Positions 19,925-29,546 of a stretch of 64,000 nucleotides of DNA are shown here, one piece after another. The stretch is taken from the IMG/VR virus record IMGVR_UViG_3300010158_000027, positions 217,270-281,269 of that record, one strand, 5' to 3'. The translations under genes and the position numbers were made by a program. Below the pieces are notes generated by a model. It did no database searches and was not told where the DNA came from. It was given only the letters and a program-made list of their open reading frames with translations. Position 1 is the first letter of the stretch. Each line of letters opens with the position of its first letter.

Positions 19925-20034
19925 AGTCAGGTGGCAGAATGGTAGACGCAGAATAAAGAGGTAAAGGTCAATCCTCTATAAAAAATTGAGTAACCTACGG
20001 GGTTATATTACAGGTTCGAATCCTGTCCTGGCAA
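19925..20034 (+). ncRNA. tRNA-Leu-like scaffold 4
   Basis: AGTCAGG-TGGCAGAATGGTAGACGC ... TAACCTACGGGGTTA variable-arm-like hairpin ... ACAGG-TTCGAAT-CCTGT-CCTGGCA-A. Confidence 0.6.
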
Positions 20035-20343
20035 CATCGGTTATTTGATCTAGCACTAGGATAATAACAGCCATTAGATGAAGCTAGCGTCGTGAATGGA
20101 GGTGTAAGCTAAGACAGACTTACAAAGTTGGGGTACCAATAGATACAAACCCCCAACACAAACAGATTGACACAAAGGCATGAACAGTGGTGTTGTCGTA
20201 AAGTGTTATAAGATTAATGATAGCTAAAAAATAAATCTTATAACTAGGCTCTCGGCAGTACGTTATACAATCTGAACAGGTGCTTCCTGTTTATTTTTTA
20301 CATAATACTTGACAATCTAAAAGTGATGGTTTAATATTATGTA

Positions 20344-20415
20344 AGTCAGTTAGCTCAGTTGGTAGAGCAATCCCCTTAAAAGGACGTGTCATTGGTTCGA
20401 ACCCTTTACTGGCTT
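20344..20415 (+). tRNA. degenerate tRNA (possible TAA anticodon), probably a pseudo-tRNA
   Basis: Acceptor AGTCAGT/ACTGGCT and D arm GCTCAGTTGGTAGAGC are good; anticodon and T stems mismatched. Confidence 0.45.
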
Positions 20416-20421
20416 ATTTTT

Positions 20422-21015
20422 TTATTTAATATCCGTTGACTTAATAAGCGTATAACTAAATGAGTTACCGTGAATATCTCTAGCCTTTCTACATATCTTC
20501 ATGAATTCCTCAAAATCTGCCAATTTTTTAAATACCTGACAACCCATCGACCAGTCATTAACATATGTTGAATCCGCACCAGCATGGTGGATATTAATAC
20601 CAAACACCCCCTCCTCAATTTTTGTCTCATCATATTTCATATCACGATTTGCGTCACGATAAACTTTAACGTTTTTAGCCTGACCCAACGCCTCGTATTT
20701 ACCTTGATGTAATCTGATGGTATGAGATCCACGATACTGACCCTCAACCAATCTTGCAATACCACTTTTATTGGTTGTCTCGAGAATACCTTTAGTACCT
20801 GGATCGGTAGTTGCCGGCCAAGAATGGTATTTCCAAACACCCCCCACTTTATAGGATAATGTGATCGTATCATCAAATGAGTTTGTAACTTTTTGACCTG
20901 GTACCATATTTCTAACCCCAATGATATTAACATCATAACCTTTATTGTTGGCATCCTCAAACCAAACGTACCCTTTTGATTTTACCGCTAATTCTACTTG
21001 TTCTTTTGTGTACAT
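20422..21015 (-). CDS. YkuD/L,D-transpeptidase-like peptidoglycan-acting protein
   Basis: GINIHHAG...WSMGCQV (H...SxGC catalytic pattern); adjacent to endolysin. Confidence 0.6.
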   Translation of the reverse strand: MYTKEQVELAVKSKGYVWFEDANNKGYDVNIIGVRNMVPGQKVTNSFDDTITLSYKVGGVWKYHSWPATTDPGTKGILETTNKSGIARLVEGQYRGSHTIRLHQGKYEALGQAKNVKVYRDANRDMKYDETKIEEGVFGINIHHAGADSTYVNDWSMGCQVFKKLADFEEFMKICRKARDIHGNSFSYTLIKSTDIK

Positions 21016-21127
21016 AATTTTAATTATAAATATCACCTAAACGCGTTTCTAATATATTTATATTGATAGGAATCACATGTGGTTGATACCCATTTGAACT
21101 AATAAAAATTTAAAATAAAGATACGTC

Positions 21128-21406
21128 ATGGATGAAAAAACACCTCAAACCAATGGGTTTATTGATACGTTTTTATCTAAACTAAAAGAGCAGTCCTTTA
21201 TTATTATACTCATGTTGGGGGTAATCTACTATCAACACGGTTTGATGGAGGAGAGAGTCTCGTTTTGGCAATCACAATACGAAAAAAAGGATCAACTAAT
21301 AGATAAGACAGCTAAAGAGGATAAGGATGTACTTTTAGATAGAATTGAATATCTTCAAAATCAACGAGACAAATATGTTGAAGAGTCATTAAACGAATTA
21401 AAATAA
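21128..21406 (+). CDS. single-TM coiled-coil protein (holin or spanin candidate)
   Basis: FIIILMLGVIYY TM segment directly upstream of endolysin. Confidence 0.55.
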   Translation: MDEKTPQTNGFIDTFLSKLKEQSFIIILMLGVIYYQHGLMEERVSFWQSQYEKKDQLIDKTAKEDKDVLLDRIEYLQNQRDKYVEESLNELK

Positions 21407-21412
21407 TAAATT

Positions 21413-22234
21413 ATGTTGTTAAAAATAGGATCGAAAGGTGACGATGTTAAAAAACTCCAAGAAAAATTAAAATTAACATCTGATGGGACATTTGGGCCAA
21501 ATACAGAAAAAAAGGTTAAAGAATGGCAAACAGCCAATGGATTAAATTCTGATGGTGTCGTTGGTGATGCTACATGGGATAAAATGTTTGTCTCTGCGGT
21601 GGTTACTGAAGGGGGACATATTACACCAGTGGCGGGATTAAGTATTGAAAAATTAAAAGGAACGGTTCCTGATAGCGTTTTAGCTCAGATTCCAGATACC
21701 GCAATCAAATTCAACATTACAACAAATCTAAGACTTGCTCACTTTTTATCACAATGTGCTCACGAATCGGGAGGTTTTAAATCGGTATCAGAAAATTTAA
21801 ATTATTCTGCTGATGGGTTAAAAAAAACGTTTGGTAAATACTTTCCTGGTAACTTGTCAGAATCTTATGCTAAAAACCCCGAAAAGATTGCTGCTCGAGT
21901 TTATGGTGGTAGAATGGGTAATGGTGATGAATCATCAAAAGAAGGTTATAAATTTCGTGGGAGAGGTTATCTGCAAACCACAGGCAAAGAGAATTATACA
22001 AGATTTACAAACTTTATTGGTGAAGATTGTGTGAGTAATCCCGATCTTGTGGCAACAAAATATCCATTATCCTCCTCGGCGTTTTTCTTCACGTCAAATA
22101 AACTTTGGTCTATTTGTGACAAAGGGGCTGACGTAGATACGATTACCGCAGTAACTAAAAGAGTAAATGGAGGGATTTTGGGGTTAGATGAGCGAATTAA
22201 AGAGTTCAACAAAATATACTCATTACTGTCGTAA
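21413..22234 (+). CDS. endolysin: PG-binding domain plus GH19 (chitinase-like) domain
   Basis: DGTFGPNTE...WQ...DGVVG; AHFLSQCAHESGGF...ENLNYS...FRGRGYLQTTG...TKRVNGG. Confidence 0.9.
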   Translation: MLLKIGSKGDDVKKLQEKLKLTSDGTFGPNTEKKVKEWQTANGLNSDGVVGDATWDKMFVSAVVTEGGHITPVAGLSIEKLKGTVPDSVLAQIPDTAIKFNITTNLRLAHFLSQCAHESGGFKSVSENLNYSADGLKKTFGKYFPGNLSESYAKNPEKIAARVYGGRMGNGDESSKEGYKFRGRGYLQTTGKENYTRFTNFIGEDCVSNPDLVATKYPLSSSAFFFTSNKLWSICDKGADVDTITAVTKRVNGGILGLDERIKEFNKIYSLLS

Positions 22235-22282
22235 TTTTTATACTTTTTTATACTTTTTTACATTTCCACGATATTTATAATT

Positions 22283-22420
22283 ATGGAAAGAAAAACTTTA
22301 ATTATTACTAAAGAAACGCATCAAAAATTAAAAGAATATTGTAAAAATAATTCTATTAAATTAAATGATTGGGTTGATAAATTAATACTTAATGAAATAA
22401 AAAAGTATGATGGAAAATAA
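22283..22420 (+). CDS. small ribbon-helix-helix-like protein (45 aa)
   Basis: MERKTLIITKETHQKLKEYCKNNSIKLNDWVDKLI...; TATTTATA upstream; overlaps endonuclease start. Confidence 0.6.
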   Translation: MERKTLIITKETHQKLKEYCKNNSIKLNDWVDKLILNEIKKYDGK

Positions 22421-23063
22421 TTGGTATGTTTATCGTCATATTAGAAAGGATAAGAACGAACCTTTTTATATCGGTATTGGTAATAAAAAAAATTATGCAA
22501 GAGCATATCAAACTAACCCTAATAGGCGTAATGAGATTTGGGTAAAAATATTTATTAAAACTGATATTGAAATTGAAATTATTTTAGAAGGTTTAAGTAA
22601 AACTCAAGCTTCTGAAAAAGAAAAAGAATTTATTAAGTTATATGGTAGAAAAAATTTAAATACTGGATCATTAACAAATATGACCGATGGGGGTGACGGT
22701 GTATGGAATTGTGCTAGATCGGAGGAAACCAAAGAAAAGATAAGACAACAAAAATTAGGGGATAAAAATCCAATGTTCGGTAAATTTCAATCGGATGAAA
22801 CAAAATTAAAAAAAAGTAAAGCATTAACAGGACAAAAAAGGTCGGAGGAAGTTAAGAAAAAACAATCAATAAGTTCAATTAAATCGGGTCAGGCAAAATC
22901 TGTTGATGTGTTTAAGTTTGATGATAATGAATATATCGGAAGATTTTATGCGATTTCGGAAGCTTGTAGAGTTTTAGGTTTTTACCACGCAAACAGTAAA
23001 GCTAGTTTAGTTGCAAATGGTAAAAGAAATCATACCCACGGATACGTGTTTAAATATGTGTAG
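22407..23063 (+). CDS. GIY-YIG-like homing endonuclease with NUMOD3/NUMOD1-type C-terminus
   Basis: YVYRH...FYIGIG...RA...E...LTNMTDGGDG; RSEETKEKIR repeats. Confidence 0.75.
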   Translation: MMENNWYVYRHIRKDKNEPFYIGIGNKKNYARAYQTNPNRRNEIWVKIFIKTDIEIEIILEGLSKTQASEKEKEFIKLYGRKNLNTGSLTNMTDGGDGVWNCARSEETKEKIRQQKLGDKNPMFGKFQSDETKLKKSKALTGQKRSEEVKKKQSISSIKSGQAKSVDVFKFDDNEYIGRFYAISEACRVLGFYHANSKASLVANGKRNHTHGYVFKYV

Positions 23064-23166
23064 TTCCCTCGATTAATGGGCTCTCTGATAGACTAAAATA
23101 CTTCAAGGTATACCATAACTTACTTAAGTGATATTTATTATAAAATAAACTTTTAAATTTTAAATT

Positions 23167-23334
23167 ATGAAATTATCTAAAGAACAAATTATGGGAATTA
23201 TTAGACACGCATTTACATTCGTAGGTGGTATCTTCGTAATGAAGGGACTTGTGAGTGAAACAATGATCGTTGAGATCGTTGGTGCGGCAATGACATTCAC
23301 AGGTGCGGTTTGGTCTATTATTGACAAAAAATAA
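23167..23334 (+). CDS. small two-TM holin-like protein (55 aa)
   Basis: MKLSKEQIMGIIRHAFTFVGGIFVMKG...GAVWSIIDKK*; absent from the ORF track (<60 aa). Confidence 0.7.
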   Translation: MKLSKEQIMGIIRHAFTFVGGIFVMKGLVSETMIVEIVGAAMTFTGAVWSIIDKK

Positions 23335-23431
23335 TTTTAAAATTAAATTAACAATTAAAATCCCCATATAATGTGGGGGTTTTTAGTTTAACGATATATT
23401 TATATAACGGTACAAAAAATAATAATAACAA

Positions 23432-24040
23432 ATGGTAAATTACGTAAATATTATAATCGCATTTATAACGGGGGTATTAGGTCCAATTTTAATAGTCTAT
23501 ATTAAGAGTAAATTGGAAAAGAAAGAAAAACCAGACATGGTTAAAGAAACGTTAAGAGTTGCTGAAATGGTAACAAACAAAATCGAACATATTAAAGAGG
23601 AGTTTAAGGCGGATAGGGTTTGGATAACACAATTCCACAACGGAGGTAACTTTTATCCAACAGGTAAATCCATGGCTAAATTCTCAATCATGTACGAAAC
23701 GGTACATCCAGGTGTTGCGTCAGTTCAAAGTAATTTCCATAACATACCAGTTAATCTGTTTTCAAAATCAATTAATCGATTATTAAGTGACGATTTTATT
23801 GAAATCCCTGATTTTAAAGATGAAACGGTAGCAACATACGGATTAAAGTATATTGCTGAAGATACTGGATCTAAATCTGGATATCTATTTGCTATTAAAA
23901 CAATTGACGATAAGTTTATAGGGACACTAGGTCTTGATTTCACAAAAAGAAAAACCAAATTAGATATCGAAGCGATCAACCACCTATTGGTCCACGCAAC
24001 ATCACTCGGTGGTGTATTGATGACACACTTACAACAATGA
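23432..24040 (+). CDS. N-terminal TM plus GAF-like domain protein (T4 holin T-like architecture)
   Basis: TM residues ~5-24; ADRVWITQFHNG...IGTLGLDF GAF-like strands; lysis-region context. Confidence 0.55.
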   Translation: MVNYVNIIIAFITGVLGPILIVYIKSKLEKKEKPDMVKETLRVAEMVTNKIEHIKEEFKADRVWITQFHNGGNFYPTGKSMAKFSIMYETVHPGVASVQSNFHNIPVNLFSKSINRLLSDDFIEIPDFKDETVATYGLKYIAEDTGSKSGYLFAIKTIDDKFIGTLGLDFTKRKTKLDIEAINHLLVHATSLGGVLMTHLQQ

Positions 24041-24693
24041 GACAAGTATTAATTGAACAATTAGTAAAGAGAATCAAACAGACGTTAGTTACCGAAAGGA
24101 AGACTGATGAAATTTCATTGAAACTATCCAGAATGGTAATCAAACAGTTTAAAAAAAATGAGAATTTTGAACTGTATAATCTAAGTTTTGAAAGAGGTGA
24201 CGAATATGCTGTCTTCGATTTTAAATGTTATTTTTTAGAGGATGAAGAAATGGATGATCCGTTTTCGATACAGGCTGAAGCTGACATGGAGGAAATATTT
24301 ATCGAGATTACGTTTAACCCTAATGCTTTTCCAGAAAACATGAACGACTTGGTTGCTGAAGTAAAAGAAACGATAGAGCACGAATTGGAACATGTTGAAC
24401 AGCAAAATTTCCAAGACAAGGAAACATATAACGATGAAGAGTATAGTCACAAAGACGAAGATTTTAATTTTAAATATTTAACATCAAAAATTGAAATACC
24501 AGCATATGTTAGGGGTCTCATTAAAAGATCAAAAACCAAAAGAATTTCTTTAGAAGACGCCATGGATGAATGGTTCGAAGAAAACAAAAGGAAATTTAAA
24601 GATCACAAAAAAGAATGGGCATTAATTAAACAAACATGGTTGGATTATGCAAATCAAATGAGATCAAAAGGAAATATCAAAAAATTTAAGTAA
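24037..24693 (+). CDS. HExxH zincin-like protein with leader
   Basis: HELEHVEQ...Y.....EIPAY motif. Confidence 0.6.
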   Translation: MRQVLIEQLVKRIKQTLVTERKTDEISLKLSRMVIKQFKKNENFELYNLSFERGDEYAVFDFKCYFLEDEEMDDPFSIQAEADMEEIFIEITFNPNAFPENMNDLVAEVKETIEHELEHVEQQNFQDKETYNDEEYSHKDEDFNFKYLTSKIEIPAYVRGLIKRSKTKRISLEDAMDEWFEENKRKFKDHKKEWALIKQTWLDYANQMRSKGNIKKFK

Positions 24694-24736
24694 CCCATTG
24701 TCTTATCCTTATTTTATACTTAATTTTTATAAAAAT

Positions 24737-25174
24737 ATGGGTATGTTAAAAAATAAGATTAAAAGATTAGTAAAACGTTTTAGAGTAAAGTTTTATAGAT
24801 GGGAAAAGGGGTCTAGTTGGTTTAAAACACCTGCGGAACCAACAGGGTATGAGAATATCTGTAAGGCTATTTGTCGAAAAATGATTAATCATCCAGATTC
24901 TAAATTTACAATCGCACCACTTTCACATAAGAGGTATATTATCAACAAACCGTTAGACATATTTATTATTATTGTTGATTCCAAAATTGAGATAACAAAC
25001 CACGTTTATCACTACGTTATTAATTTAGGTGAAAGGGACGTTAATAAAATTATTGAGCATTTTGACAATAAAGTTGATAATATCCGAGTTCAATACGAGG
25101 GAGAAATTAAATCACAAATCGAAAACACATTACATAGCATTTATGACAAAATCACCAACAGTCAAAACCCCTAA
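24737..25174 (+). CDS. hypothetical protein
   Basis: ORF; ATG chosen at 24737. Confidence 0.65.
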   Translation: MGMLKNKIKRLVKRFRVKFYRWEKGSSWFKTPAEPTGYENICKAICRKMINHPDSKFTIAPLSHKRYIINKPLDIFIIIVDSKIEITNHVYHYVINLGERDVNKIIEHFDNKVDNIRVQYEGEIKSQIENTLHSIYDKITNSQNP

Positions 25175-25340
25175 AGGTATTGGGGAGTTAGATAATATTT
25201 ATATCTCCGAATTAGGATTCTTAATGGTTAAAATCTATTTTAAAAATGGGACATATATAACTTACAATTTAGGCAAACACGATGAAAACAATAATGTATT
25301 CACCGATAAAATAAACAATTTCAATATAGTTGATTTATGA
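25143..25340 (+). CDS. hypothetical protein
   Basis: MTKSPTVKTPKGIGEL... Confidence 0.55.
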   Translation: MTKSPTVKTPKGIGELDNIYISELGFLMVKIYFKNGTYITYNLGKHDENNNVFTDKINNFNIVDL

Positions 25341-25435
25341 GAAAAATTTATATATTTTTTTGGTGGTTATGGAATTATCCTGAAATTGTATGGATGAAAT
25401 TTAAATCATATTTTAAAAAATGACAATCCAACAGA

Positions 25436-25672
25436 ATGAAAAAATTAATTAGTATATTTGGGGTATTAATTTTGTTATCATGTAAGTCTAAGACTTATAA
25501 ATACCAGATTAATGGTGAGGTATACATACCATCGGCAGAATCAAATCGAAGGTATCCGGCAACATGGTATACCGATACGATATCCTTCGATAGTGAAACT
25601 GCTTATTATTTTAATAGTGACGGTAGTGAGGTTAGAATTGAACCACCTTATATTTTAAAATATAATAAATAA
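25436..25672 (+). CDS. putative lipoprotein
   Basis: MKK + hydrophobic stretch + LLSC lipobox. Confidence 0.65.
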   Translation: MKKLISIFGVLILLSCKSKTYKYQINGEVYIPSAESNRRYPATWYTDTISFDSETAYYFNSDGSEVRIEPPYILKYNK

Positions 25673-25683
25673 AAATAAGTGAT

Positions 25684-25941
25684 ATGACGGAAAGAGAATT
25701 AATACTTTTAGGGTTTAAAAGTGAAGAAATGGGAGAGCACGAAGATGATGAAACGTATTACTACGTTTTAGATATTGTCGATGGTATTACCTTTATTACA
25801 CGAACCAATGATGAGATTAAAGATGATGAATGGTATGTTGAATTTTTTAATACAGACCCCTCAGTTAGGTTCCACGATTTTAAGGAAGTACAATTATTAA
25901 TCAATCAATTAACAAACGCCATTGTCAAAAATGAAATTTAA
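25684..25941 (+). CDS. hypothetical protein
   Basis: 85-aa ORF. Confidence 0.7.
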   Translation: MTERELILLGFKSEEMGEHEDDETYYYVLDIVDGITFITRTNDEIKDDEWYVEFFNTDPSVRFHDFKEVQLLINQLTNAIVKNEI

Positions 25942-26311
25942 GATACCAACACATGATCCATACACTGGTGAATTAAATCCCCATTACGAGGAACTCACCG
26001 GAGAAAAACATCCACATTTAATTGAATATAATGAGGATGAAACCAGTCATTGTTTTAATCTACAATCACTTATCGGTAAAGAATTTAGATACGATGGTAA
26101 GTATGGGATTTCTAATTGGACGGACAAGGTTAAAAATATCGAACCAAATTCAAACATCTATCCCAATCCGTTAGAATCGATAAGGGCAACCAAAAGTGGA
26201 AACGTAACCAAACCATATAAAATGGTTGGATACACCTATAATTTACATGTTAGATCAACAAGGGGTGAACAACTTTACGAGTTTGAGAAGTGTATATTTT
26301 TAGATAATTAA
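25931..26311 (+). CDS. hypothetical protein
   Basis: ATG at 25931. Confidence 0.65.
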   Translation: MKFKIPTHDPYTGELNPHYEELTGEKHPHLIEYNEDETSHCFNLQSLIGKEFRYDGKYGISNWTDKVKNIEPNSNIYPNPLESIRATKSGNVTKPYKMVGYTYNLHVRSTRGEQLYEFEKCIFLDN

Positions 26312-26327
26312 AAAACATATTAGACTA

Positions 26328-26942
26328 ATGGATATTTTTAACACAAAAATAGATTTGACCAAAATAACGTGCCATTCTGGAGGGGCGGTGGGATCAGATA
26401 CCGTTTGGGACGAGATTGGTGAAGAGTTTGGTGTCAAAACCAATGCTTATTCCTATAGAACAAAGTCGCACGTATCTCAGAATAAGGTGGAGATTTCCGA
26501 CCAAGATTATGAAGAAGGTGTTATTCAAATAACCAAAGCAAACGAAATTTTGGGTAGGTTTGGTATTCATAAATATATGAATCTATTGGCTAGAAACTGG
26601 TCGCAGGTTAAATATTCAAAACAAGTTTTTGCGATTGGTACTATAATCGAAGCTGGCGGGAAATCCGTTAAAGGATACAAAAACAAGTCTAAAAATGACG
26701 TAGTTGATGGTGGTACAGGATATGCCGTTATGATGGCAATCAATCAAAAAAACGATGCTTATGTTTTCGACCAAATTAAAGATAAGTGGTTTAAATGGGA
26801 TTATGACTCTCTTAGGTTTGCGGAGTTAAAAGATGTTCCTTCGATTACAGAACAGGATTTTGCGGGTATAGGAACAAGAGAGATTCGACCGAACGGAATA
26901 CAAGCAATCAGAGATGTTTATACAAAAACATTTATTAAATAA
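26328..26942 (+). CDS. SLOG/DprA-like nucleotide-binding protein
   Basis: HSGGAVGSD, GGTGYAV, FAGIGTR motifs. Confidence 0.6.
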   Translation: MDIFNTKIDLTKITCHSGGAVGSDTVWDEIGEEFGVKTNAYSYRTKSHVSQNKVEISDQDYEEGVIQITKANEILGRFGIHKYMNLLARNWSQVKYSKQVFAIGTIIEAGGKSVKGYKNKSKNDVVDGGTGYAVMMAINQKNDAYVFDQIKDKWFKWDYDSLRFAELKDVPSITEQDFAGIGTREIRPNGIQAIRDVYTKTFIK

Positions 26943-27016
26943 AAAAAACAACAATTAAATCCTCATCTGACAAGTTGGGGATTGTTTTTTTAAAATAAAA
27001 TTTCTATATTTACAAT

Positions 27017-27421
27017 ATGGAAAAGCGAAGTAAACACTACGGAGACGTGGTAAAGTGGATAGAAAAGGTAATTGACTCTTGCGAGACATATCGGCAATCA
27101 ATTACCGTACTTAAATTAATCAGAAATTTTCGTCAACAATTAATTAATAAATCTCCAGAGACGTATTGGGGAAGTTACCATTACGACATTATTAGTCCAC
27201 TCGAAAGTAGATTAAGGAGTCGACAATATACTATCACATCGACACTAAATGATGGGGAGGATATCGACAAATTAAAAAAAAAACTTGAGGATTTAACAGA
27301 TAAGTACTCAAGGGTTGTAACCATCCAATCTGATCCAAAATATCTTGGAACGTTTGAGGATGACAGGAACCAAATTGCGAAGGAAATAAAACTGGTAAAA
27401 CGTAAAATTAACAATAAATAA
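27017..27421 (+). CDS. hypothetical protein
   Basis: 134-aa ORF. Confidence 0.65.
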   Translation: MEKRSKHYGDVVKWIEKVIDSCETYRQSITVLKLIRNFRQQLINKSPETYWGSYHYDIISPLESRLRSRQYTITSTLNDGEDIDKLKKKLEDLTDKYSRVVTIQSDPKYLGTFEDDRNQIAKEIKLVKRKINNK

Positions 27422-27697
27422 ATGATTGGTATGTTGAAAAATTTTGTAAAATGGTTTGAAATAAACTGTGGATGGTTTTTTACACATGGTAGAAAACAAG
27501 CTGCGTGGGCGGAATACTTAAGAAAAAAATATGGTAAAGAGGAAACTAAAAAACCAACTCGTATCACGTTTAGTCCAACACCTAAATGTTTAATTTGTGA
27601 AACTGACATGGAAACAATAAAATTAAACCAACCATTTTGTGGTGGATGTCTATCTGTTTTGACGGGATTAGTTAAAAATAAGAAAGATGAAATTTAA
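27422..27697 (+). CDS. hypothetical protein with CxxC...CxxC
   Basis: CLIC...CGGC. Confidence 0.6.
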   Translation: MIGMLKNFVKWFEINCGWFFTHGRKQAAWAEYLRKKYGKEETKKPTRITFSPTPKCLICETDMETIKLNQPFCGGCLSVLTGLVKNKKDEI

Positions 27698-27706
27698 ATA
27701 TAAGTT

Positions 27707-28999
27707 ATGAATACATTAGATAAAAAATACACAGATTTACTCCGAGATATATTAGATAATGGAGTCCGCAAGGAGGATCGTACTGGGACAGGCACACTTT
27801 CAGTATTCGGAAGACAGATTCGTCATAATATGTCTGAAGGATTTCCATTGATTACATCAAAGAAGATGTATTTTAAGGGTATTGTAACCGAACTATTATG
27901 GTTTTTAAGAGGTGATACAAACATTAAATTCCTAATTGATAATAGTTGTCATATTTGGGATGGAGACGCTTATCAAGCTTATTGTGAGCGATATTGGGAA
28001 TTAGATGAGATAGATAAAATAAAATATGGTAGTTCATATTATAATAACGAAACTAATGAGTATGAGTTCGAAACATATTCAAAAGAAGAATTCGTTGACT
28101 ATATCAAAACAAATGATGAGTTTGCTAAGAAGTACGGAGATTTAGGCCCAGTTTACGGGAAGCAGTGGAGAGATTGGAAGCATATTAAAGAAGGCGGTTA
28201 CTTACTTAAAAATGGAAATGAAGGTACAGGAACAACAACTAAACATATTGACCAAATCGCAAACCTAATCAACGACCTTAAAACAAACCCAGACTCACGT
28301 AGGTTAATGGTTTCAGCGTGGCATGTTGGTGATATAGATGAAATGACATTGCCGCCATGCCATTTCGGATTTCAAGTTTATACAAGAGAGTTTAGTTTGG
28401 ACGAGAGAAAACAAATATTTGAAGATAGAGGATACGTTTGCGATCTATGGCCATTTAATGGTGACTGGCATGGTGAATATGATGGATTTGGAATACCACG
28501 CAGAGCAATCTCATTAATGTGGTCGCAAAGATCGTGTGATATTTTTTTGGGAATCCCATTCAACATCGCTTCTTATGGGTTGTTATTAGAAATCATTGCT
28601 AAAACAGTTAATATGGTTCCTGATGAATTGATTGGAAACTTGGGTGATACTCATTTATATTCAAATCACATTGAACAAGCAAAGGAACAAATAGGTAGAG
28701 AATTAACATATAAAGAACGTTATGATATTTGGTTTGAGAATAATTACCAAACTGGTATGGAATATAATTTAGATGTCGAACAAGACTTTAATAATAATGT
28801 TGGTGAAGATTACATGACTGTACCACCTTATAGGTCGAGAGAACCTTTTCCATTACCAACATTAAAAATAAATTCAGGAAATGATAATTGGCATTTATTA
28901 GGTATCAACGAAATCATTAATAGTTTAGATCCAGATATTACTTTTAAAATAGAGAACTATCAATCACATCCGACAATTAAAGCACCACTATCAAATTAA
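27707..28999 (+). CDS. thyA: thymidylate synthase with in-frame insertions
   Basis: DRTGTGT, ELLWFLRG, GPVYGKQWR, DSRR, LPPCH, QRSCD.FLG.PFN, DTHLYSNH. Confidence 0.97.
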   Translation: MNTLDKKYTDLLRDILDNGVRKEDRTGTGTLSVFGRQIRHNMSEGFPLITSKKMYFKGIVTELLWFLRGDTNIKFLIDNSCHIWDGDAYQAYCERYWELDEIDKIKYGSSYYNNETNEYEFETYSKEEFVDYIKTNDEFAKKYGDLGPVYGKQWRDWKHIKEGGYLLKNGNEGTGTTTKHIDQIANLINDLKTNPDSRRLMVSAWHVGDIDEMTLPPCHFGFQVYTREFSLDERKQIFEDRGYVCDLWPFNGDWHGEYDGFGIPRRAISLMWSQRSCDIFLGIPFNIASYGLLLEIIAKTVNMVPDELIGNLGDTHLYSNHIEQAKEQIGRELTYKERYDIWFENNYQTGMEYNLDVEQDFNNNVGEDYMTVPPYRSREPFPLPTLKINSGNDNWHLLGINEIINSLDPDITFKIENYQSHPTIKAPLSN

Positions 29000-29005
29000 T
29001 CGATT

Positions 29006-29242
29006 ATGAAAACAGGAACCATTAGACATAAAGACAATATCGGGGTTTATATTGAATATGAACCAAGAAAAGTTTACGGATATTATAAGAACGAAGAGAT
29101 CTGTAAAATATATTATAGTGAAATAATATTGAACCCAGACATATTTGCACCTGAGGTTAGTGTTGGAGATAAGGTGTCGTTTATTATTAAAACATATGGA
29201 ACTGGTGATGGTTCATTTTATGTTGCAGAAATAGTTGATTAA
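29006..29242 (+). CDS. hypothetical protein
   Basis: 78-aa ORF. Confidence 0.6.
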   Translation: MKTGTIRHKDNIGVYIEYEPRKVYGYYKNEEICKIYYSEIILNPDIFAPEVSVGDKVSFIIKTYGTGDGSFYVAEIVD

Positions 29243-29288
29243 CATTAATCGGATAACTATATTTGTATAGGTAAACAAAATTGAAATT

Positions 29289-29495
29289 ATGGAGAAAGAA
29301 AATAACAAATGGACAAGAGATCAAGGAGAATTGGATAAGCAAAGACTCCTCGAAGCATTAAAGGAAATTTCCGTCTCAGAAGAGGATTTGGAATGGGTTA
29401 GTGATAAATTAGATGGGATAATCGACGAGAAAGAAAAAAATGAAACAAAAGGTAATATTAGTGATAATAACTTTAATAATCGTTTACACTTATAG
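29289..29495 (+). CDS. hypothetical protein
   Basis: ORF after TATATTTG box. Confidence 0.55.
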   Translation: MEKENNKWTRDQGELDKQRLLEALKEISVSEEDLEWVSDKLDGIIDEKEKNETKGNISDNNFNNRLHL

Positions 29496-29546
29496 TTATA
29501 CCCAATCAAAGTACTATACCCCTTTTTAAAAATTAAACCACATAAT

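Noticed and set aside
20344-20415. Suppressor tRNA or alternative genetic code
   Set aside because: The anticodon stem is degenerate, and known genes are intact with TAA, TAG and TGA all used as stops.
27707-28999. Intron or intein in the long thyA
   Set aside because: The extra length is several short in-frame insertions; no frame break or intein terminal motifs seen.
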